IMG/VR virus record: IMGVR_UViG_3300028048_000077
Location: 64,772 to 128,771 of that record
Length of the DNA: 64,000 nt
From: a virus
Taxonomy: Duplodnaviria; Caudoviricetes
Reading direction: 5' to 3' (one strand)
The notes under the pieces are model-generated. The model saw nothing but the letters and a program-made list of their open reading frames with translations, did not search any database and was not told the origin of the DNA. Below are positions 58,040 to 64,000 of this stretch, piece after piece (the stretch's first letter is position 1; the number at the start of each line of letters is the position of its first letter). Made by a program: the position numbers and the translations under genes.

Positions 58040-58870
58040 TTATTTTTCCTCCTTAATCTCTTGTGGATGGTCTTTCTTATATAGTTTGATACACTCTAAT
58101 ACATATTCAAATATAAAAGCATGCCAATGCATCAATCCTCTGAATAATATATCTACAATAGATATATCTAAAGTAAGAAGTTTATGTATATCTTTTGCTT
58201 CTTTTTCAGAATAATTCATTTTATCTGTTATAGATTTCATCTTAGTAAAATTATCTATAATATTTATGCAATGTTTCATATAGTATTTTACATTATCATA
58301 TGTAATATCTTTTCTTTCAAGTTCGATAATCATAAATCTTCCAAGAACTTTTTTAGATAACCAATCATCTAATATTTCTCTTGGTGAATCTTCTTTTAAA
58401 GAATATCCTCTATTTAATTTATCTATAACTTCTTGAGCAGTCTTATCATAATCAAATGTATCTTGATTTAATGCTAATTGAGTAGTATATATAATACTAT
58501 ATATTTCAGAAAATCTCTGACCCAATTCTACTCTTCTACAAATATTAGAGTATCCTTTTATTTTAACTTTTGTATAGTATTTATCAATGATAGGAGAAGC
58601 CATCTTTAATTGCTTCTCAAAATATTTACATTTTAATCCTAACCAGTTTCTAAACTTCTTAAAGTACAAACAAATCTGTTCCCATAGTTTCTTTAAAATT
58701 TGCTTTATTTTTGTTTTAGATTCATTACTAATAACATCTTCTTTAAAGATTCTTAGATCTTCATGAACTAGATCTATCATATTATCATAGTAATCTCTAG
58801 TAGATTGTAAAACAAATTCCAAATAGGAGTCTTCATTATATACATCAGTAATTACTGGCTGTATTAACAT
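58040..58870 (-). CDS. probable internal head protein
   Basis: KIKQILKKLWEQICLYFKKFRNWL amphipathic helix. Confidence 0.55.
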   Translation of the reverse strand: MLIQPVITDVYNEDSYLEFVLQSTRDYYDNMIDLVHEDLRIFKEDVISNESKTKIKQILKKLWEQICLYFKKFRNWLGLKCKYFEKQLKMASPIIDKYYTKVKIKGYSNICRRVELGQRFSEIYSIIYTTQLALNQDTFDYDKTAQEVIDKLNRGYSLKEDSPREILDDWLSKKVLGRFMIIELERKDITYDNVKYYMKHCINIIDNFTKMKSITDKMNYSEKEAKDIHKLLTLDISIVDILFRGLMHWHAFIFEYVLECIKLYKKDHPQEIKEEK

Positions 58871-58874
58871 GATA

Positions 58875-59924
58875 TCACTCCTTACTTCTTCTATCTTTTA
58901 CTACTTTCTTAAGTACTTTAGCATATGTATATACCATCTGATATATACAATCCAGCTCAGTACCTACATATATATTAATCTCTTCTAATACAATACAGAG
59001 CATAGAGTTATATACTTTATTACAGAAAGACTCAATTGCCACTGCAAGATTAACCTTAGATGTACTAGTGGAATTATTATACTTAGCAGCTTTATTATAA
59101 ATTGCATTTATATAGAAGATGATCTTATCTACAAACTCTTGACAAGTTTCTGAGTCATCTTGAATTGCTTTATACATTTCATTCCATTTAGCCTTCTTAA
59201 GATAGTCATAAGACATAGATACATATTTAGTATCTATTTTTATATTACTAGACTTAGAATCTCCACAATGGAACTTCTTATTTACTTCTTGAATAAACTC
59301 ATACTGATTTATATATTTAGCAGAAGATCCTCTCTTTAATATAGTATTCCGAATCTGTCTAACATATTCTTCACTACTAGAAAGAATATTATCATCATAA
59401 AACTTCTGGAATACTTTGATCATATCTTCTGGTTTCTTATTCTTATTACAATCATCATATACTTTCTGTACTTTATCAGCAAGATTCTTAAGTACAATAT
59501 ACAGATGTTTAGTATCTTCTTTATTGATAGAATATCTATAGATATCCTCCATAGTGAAAGAATCACTATTACTAAACTTCATTACATACTCTGAGTTGGC
59601 TAATACATAGTCTATATCATCCATAAATAGACCACGGATTCTATCATAAAAGTTATCTACAATCTGCATCATAGATGATAATACACCTTTAGCAGATGAT
59701 CCAGAATCATCTGCAAACTTCTTTATATTTTTAGCTTCAGTAAGAAGAAGCTTTTGATTTTCAAGTCTTTGTTCATGATAATTAGAAAGAGTATTGAATA
59801 CGCTAACTATAGCATCATCCATAACATTTCTAGTATCTGGTTTCAATATAGTTTGAAAATTTATTTCTGGATCATTTGGTTTGCATAATGGTCCTTTTCT
59901 TAAATATTCTTTTGAAAGCAACAT
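58875..59924 (-). CDS. probable internal head protein
   Basis: same cluster; LTE site; late motif at 59942-59954. Confidence 0.5.
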   Translation of the reverse strand: MLLSKEYLRKGPLCKPNDPEINFQTILKPDTRNVMDDAIVSVFNTLSNYHEQRLENQKLLLTEAKNIKKFADDSGSSAKGVLSSMMQIVDNFYDRIRGLFMDDIDYVLANSEYVMKFSNSDSFTMEDIYRYSINKEDTKHLYIVLKNLADKVQKVYDDCNKNKKPEDMIKVFQKFYDDNILSSSEEYVRQIRNTILKRGSSAKYINQYEFIQEVNKKFHCGDSKSSNIKIDTKYVSMSYDYLKKAKWNEMYKAIQDDSETCQEFVDKIIFYINAIYNKAAKYNNSTSTSKVNLAVAIESFCNKVYNSMLCIVLEEINIYVGTELDCIYQMVYTYAKVLKKVVKDRRSKE

Positions 59925-59982
59925 TTGTATCCCTCCTCAGATTACTAGAATGTTTTCGATATTAAAGATTTCCTACAAAATA

Positions 59983-60010
59983 GATCCCTAGGCATTTCTG
60001 CCTAGGGATT
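59983..60010. terminator. hairpin terminator
   Basis: ATCCCTAGGCA-TTTC-TGCCTAGGGAT. Confidence 0.75.
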
Positions 60011-60043
60011 ATTTTTTGTAATCTAATTAATTAGATAAAATGA

Positions 60044-61015
60044 TTAAGCAAGACCGATAGACTCGAGATATGCCTTTGCATCCTCATCATTCATCTCAGC
60101 GGACTCATCCTTACGCTCATCATCATTCTTACCACCAACAGCCATACGCTGGAATCTGTTTGCCTGGCTAACAACATCCTTAATCATGGAAGTCAGAACA
60201 GTGCAAGCATTGGAAGCGATCTTTGCACCTTCAACAATTGCATTGGCCTTAGTCTGATTATGAACAGTATCATCATCCTTAGCATTTCTAGCCATAGCAT
60301 CTGCTTTATTCTCAAGATCTTTGATGATAGCTTCAGTCTCTTTAACCAAATTAGCAAATTTAGTTTCAGGAACCTTAGAGCCAACAATAGCTTTTATTTC
60401 CTCAAAGCTATAAGTGAATTTGGTCTCTTTATCAGAACCACGTACTTCTCTCTTAATACCAGAAGCAAGACCATCAGTTTCATAATCAGCACAAATTTTT
60501 GCTTTAAGAGCCTTGAAACGCTCATTAGACTTCTTGCTGAAATCACTCTTAGTATCAACAATATCAATGGACTTACCAAATTCATTGACACCAGTACGAA
60601 TATTACCATTAACCTTCTCAATGTTACTAAAGTTCTTCAGACCTTCATAACCATAGAAAGTTGTAACTTTAGAGGCATTCTCTTTGATCTTTTCCTGATT
60701 AACTGAGAAATACTGATAAGCATTCTTATGCAGACCAGTAATGAAGTTCTTAAGCTTATAGAAGTACTTCTTAATGAAAGCCCAGATCTTAGCAAATACG
60801 CTCTTGATCTTTTCAATAACACCCTCAGCAAGAGGCTCGATTTTACCCTCATTTACATACTGCTTAAACTCTTCTTTAGCCTGCTCAAGCATCATTTCAC
60901 CATGAGCCTGCTCAATACCAACCATACACTCTACAAGAGCATCAGTCAATGAATCTTCACTCATAATCGCTTCATTAACGATTGCATTTTCGTCTAATAC
61001 AGAATCTAACAACAT
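60044..61015 (-). CDS. abundant internal head protein
   Basis: acidic propeptide, LAE/GVIEKIKSVFAKIWAFIKKYF; codon bias like the capsid gene. Confidence 0.65.
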   Translation of the reverse strand: MLLDSVLDENAIVNEAIMSEDSLTDALVECMVGIEQAHGEMMLEQAKEEFKQYVNEGKIEPLAEGVIEKIKSVFAKIWAFIKKYFYKLKNFITGLHKNAYQYFSVNQEKIKENASKVTTFYGYEGLKNFSNIEKVNGNIRTGVNEFGKSIDIVDTKSDFSKKSNERFKALKAKICADYETDGLASGIKREVRGSDKETKFTYSFEEIKAIVGSKVPETKFANLVKETEAIIKDLENKADAMARNAKDDDTVHNQTKANAIVEGAKIASNACTVLTSMIKDVVSQANRFQRMAVGGKNDDERKDESAEMNDEDAKAYLESIGLA

Positions 61016-61110
61016 ATCTAAATTCCTCCTTAATTAATTAAGTTCTGAGTCATTATTTCCCAGATTATTAATAAAATGTTTAGTAGTAAGTATTTAAAAC
61101 TTACTACTCA

Positions 61111-62055
61111 TCATATTTCTTTCAGTATACGCTTAATATACTGAGGTGAAACATCTACCATTTGCATGGTGTTAAGTTCTTCTAATACAGTATACATTAC
61201 TACATTAGCATTCACTATTGCATCCATGTTTATATGATTGTTCTCATCTAAGTAATGTGAACGTAAATCATCATCTTTCATTACTGCTTCAGAGAAGTTA
61301 GTAACCATAGCACCAAGCATATTCATAGGTTTTCTATAAATAGCAGCACTTCTAGCTTTAGCATCATTAATATATGCTTCTTTTACAGCATCAGATTTAT
61401 CTTTAAGCTGATTAGCTTTCTCAGTAGCCTTAGCATAAATATCTCTGATAGCAAGCTTATTCTCAGTATTATTAGATAAGAAATCCTGAACAGAATTTGC
61501 TACTCTCTTATGAATAAGATTAATAGTTCTTTGAGGAACTAAATCTTTGATATCACTTACAAATCTCTCTGCAAGATCAGAATCCATCATATAAGCAACA
61601 TCATCTTCATTATTATTAGATTTAGCTACTTTCTCAGCAGTTTCTACAATAAGATCTTTATAGATTTCACAATGTCTAGCCATCTCAGATATGAGAAGAT
61701 TTTTATAAGTCCATCTTCTAATAAGATTTGTATATCCTTCTTCTTGAACAAAGTTCTTGATCATATTATGGCCAATAGCATAGTCTTCTGCATCAGCCTT
61801 TTGATCTTCCATAATCTTATCAAATACTACTCCAATAGCAGTTTCCATAAGATAATTTTCTACTGATTCTTTAAAATTAGCATGTTTCTTAAATTTTTGC
61901 TTCATATATTGCATTTTATTATGCATAACTTCAGTAGCAGTTAATTCTTTACCACCTTTACCTGTAGATACACCAGGAGTTGGTATAGAAGTAGCTGGTT
62001 TATCTAAATTGGTTAGATTTTCAAGAAGTACTTCATTCATTGTTTTTAATCGCAT
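61111..62055 (-). CDS. probable virion/head protein
   Basis: GGAGGAG RBS; LxE sites; within the structural cluster. Confidence 0.55.
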   Translation of the reverse strand: MRLKTMNEVLLENLTNLDKPATSIPTPGVSTGKGGKELTATEVMHNKMQYMKQKFKKHANFKESVENYLMETAIGVVFDKIMEDQKADAEDYAIGHNMIKNFVQEEGYTNLIRRWTYKNLLISEMARHCEIYKDLIVETAEKVAKSNNNEDDVAYMMDSDLAERFVSDIKDLVPQRTINLIHKRVANSVQDFLSNNTENKLAIRDIYAKATEKANQLKDKSDAVKEAYINDAKARSAAIYRKPMNMLGAMVTNFSEAVMKDDDLRSHYLDENNHINMDAIVNANVVMYTVLEELNTMQMVDVSPQYIKRILKEI

Positions 62056-62072
62056 TCTATACTCTCCTCCTT

Positions 62073-63095
62073 TTAGAATAAAGTATTACCATAAGTATTT
62101 GCAGAATCAGGTTTAGAATCAACTACATCGTTTATATTCATATCCTTATTATCTTCTTTCTGCATTTTGGTAGCTTTCTTATCTGCATCAGCAGTATTTA
62201 CCATAAAGAACTCAGCAATCTTTCTAAACTTCTGAGCTAAGAAAGATTGTTTCTTCATAACCATCTTCTTATCATCAATAGTTTGAACTTCTCCAGCTTC
62301 GATTCCTTGAACATTCATTTCAAGCAAATCTGCTTGTAAATCAAAGTACTGAGAAATTCTAGTTCTTCCAGCATAGAAGAAATAAGTAAGTTCTCTTACA
62401 ATTGGTAAAATATTGAGAAGAATAGCACATATTGCCATCATTGTAGCAATAGCACCAAGTGTAGCACCAGAAACAGCAAAGTTTCTTACTTTATGCTGAA
62501 TCAAACTACGGAAAGCAGACTCAATCTGACCTTCTTTACAAGCCTTATTAAATGCAACCAGATTATCATATACTAAACTATCTTTAGTACGTGCTAAACC
62601 AGCTTTATCAAATACAATCTTGAATTCAGAAGATCCAGTAGTCTTGATATACTCTACTGTACAAGCAATCAGATAACTGATGCTATTTACAATAGAAAGT
62701 ACCATGGTATTATAAGTAACCATAATGATATCACTCTTAATCATGAAACCCTTAGTATAGATACCCTTATCATTCTCTATGAAATCCATAGCAGCACGAA
62801 TAGTATCTACAGTCTCTAAAGGTTGCCGATATTCTGTAAGAATACCTTCCATTACATCAAGGCATTCTCTCATCTTAGGATATTCCTTAAGAGCTTTAAT
62901 ATCACCCTTAGTTTTAGGAATATCACCAAAATCAATATCAGTAGTATGATCAAGAATGATGTTATATAACTTTGAGGTCAGTGATAAAAGCAAGTTATTC
63001 TGATCTGCCTCATCAAGAGAAAGCAAGATAGTTCTAGTATTTCTATCACTAATATCAAAGTATTCTGATATTACATCTTTAAAATATGCACGCAT
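62073..63095 (-). CDS. probable virion protein with a hydrophobic segment
   Basis: GATLGAIATMMAICAILLNILPIV. Confidence 0.55.
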   Translation of the reverse strand: MRAYFKDVISEYFDISDRNTRTILLSLDEADQNNLLLSLTSKLYNIILDHTTDIDFGDIPKTKGDIKALKEYPKMRECLDVMEGILTEYRQPLETVDTIRAAMDFIENDKGIYTKGFMIKSDIIMVTYNTMVLSIVNSISYLIACTVEYIKTTGSSEFKIVFDKAGLARTKDSLVYDNLVAFNKACKEGQIESAFRSLIQHKVRNFAVSGATLGAIATMMAICAILLNILPIVRELTYFFYAGRTRISQYFDLQADLLEMNVQGIEAGEVQTIDDKKMVMKKQSFLAQKFRKIAEFFMVNTADADKKATKMQKEDNKDMNINDVVDSKPDSANTYGNTLF

Positions 63096-63114
63096 TGTAT
63101 CTTCCTCCTTTCTC

Positions 63115-64000
63115 TTAACGCTTAGTGAGCAGATTAATTACTTTCTTATAGGCACCATCTGCTCCATTACCCTGGCGTTCAAGATGTGAGAAAGACATAG
63201 TCTCATAAGAACCAGAGCCATCATCATATAAGAAATGAACCTTTTCTGTATTTTCATCTACAATGATTATAGTCATTATATTATATGCATTCATAATAGT
63301 ATGAGCAGTACCAACTCTCATAATATCCATACGCTCATATTTCTTAAGATAATCTGCTTCTTCTTTAGAAAAAACAAGAGAAGTGATTGCAGCCGCATCA
63401 TTTACAGATCCAGTCCAACGACGGAATTTAGACATGATTGCTCTACGCTCTAACATCTTCCATACTGGAGAAGAACTACCTTTACCAGAAGTAGATACAG
63501 AATCAACTTTTGCTTTATTAATAGCAAATACAAAGTCTTTCCAGAAAGAAATCTGACCAGTAGTTGCTTTAATGAAAGAGAACAAACCATTCTTATCTTC
63601 ATTCTTAGATACGAGTCTTTCCATCATATCAGAAGAAGATACATACTGTAATCTAGCCTTAACACCAATGATAGCAGTAGAACTAATTGGGGTATCGCCC
63701 TTTGTAGAAACAAAGTTGATAATCATCATGGTAGGTACAAGCTCATTAGCTTTAGCTACATCGCTAGGAACAATTTGCTTACTATAAGTTTCAAATCTAT
63801 CTTTCATAGATTTTGTACTACCATACATAATATCGGCATCATTCTTACGCTTAGTTTCTTTATTCTTTAAAATTTCTAAACGCAACTGACCAGAATTTTT
63901 ATAAATACCATTTTTCCCAAAAATACGTTTGCCATTATCTACATTTTTATCTTCATTAAGAGCTTCATCTAAAGAATTAGTCTTAGTAAGGAATCCATTA
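63115..64000 (-). CDS. C-terminal part of a probable virion protein (start outside the window)
   Basis: no RBS at 63885 and the frame appears to stay open toward the window edge. Confidence 0.6.
   Translation of the reverse strand, partial: NGFLTKTNSLDEALNEDKNVDNGKRIFGKNGIYKNSGQLRLEILKNKETKRKNDADIMYGSTKSMKDRFETYSKQIVPSDVAKANELVPTMMIINFVSTKGDTPISSTAIIGVKARLQYVSSSDMMERLVSKNEDKNGLFSFIKATTGQISFWKDFVFAINKAKVDSVSTSGKGSSSPVWKMLERRAIMSKFRRWTGSVNDAAAITSLVFSKEEADYLKKYERMDIMRVGTAHTIMNAYNIMTIIIVDENTEKVHFLYDDGSGSYETMSFSHLERQGNGADGAYKKVINLLTKR

Noticed and set aside
15-60010. Hairpin family as a CRISPR array or IS ends
   Set aside because: Dispersed single copies with no regular spacers; no cas or transposase gene in the window
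1-64000. Stop-codon reassignment
   Set aside because: Long intact ORFs under the standard code; TAA, TGA and TAG all end plausible genes
1-64000. tRNA/rRNA genes, introns, inteins, DGR
   Set aside because: No cloverleaf, intein splice motifs, reverse transcriptase or template/variable repeat pair recognised; the 16S-like 17-mer near 22366 is too short to be rRNA

Overview
AT-rich, densely coding 64 kb segment of a jumbo bacteriophage that encodes its own multisubunit RNA polymerase (AR9/phiKZ-type lifestyle). It uses the standard genetic code and has strong Firmicutes-type Shine-Dalgarno sites. Recognisable genes: RNAP beta and beta' subunits, ThyX, dTMP kinase, primase, GroEL-like chaperonin, prohead protease, major capsid protein, baseplate/tail-assembly genes, a cluster of probable internal head proteins, an M15 peptidase and a Tad2/DUF2829-like anti-defence protein. 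Non-coding structure read by eye: (i) 13 copies of a probable early promoter TATACTATAnATRTGA, usually followed by a 5' hairpin; (ii) about 13 copies of an AR9-like late motif RAC(A/T)-N6-TAA before virion genes; (iii) about 16-19 sequence-conserved CCCTCTACC..GGTAGAGGG-type hairpins. Most unusual: three promoter-plus-terminator units with no sense ORF that carry anti-Shine-Dalgarno/anti-start sequences, one mimicking the 16S rRNA 3' end; two stand-alone amphipathic mini-peptide genes with type I toxin-like fold-back mRNAs; a divergent pair of lectin-like genes each with a poly-G tract, one in frame and one out; and a probable -1 programmed frameshift in a tail/baseplate chaperone. All calls come from manual motif reading; no database search was run.
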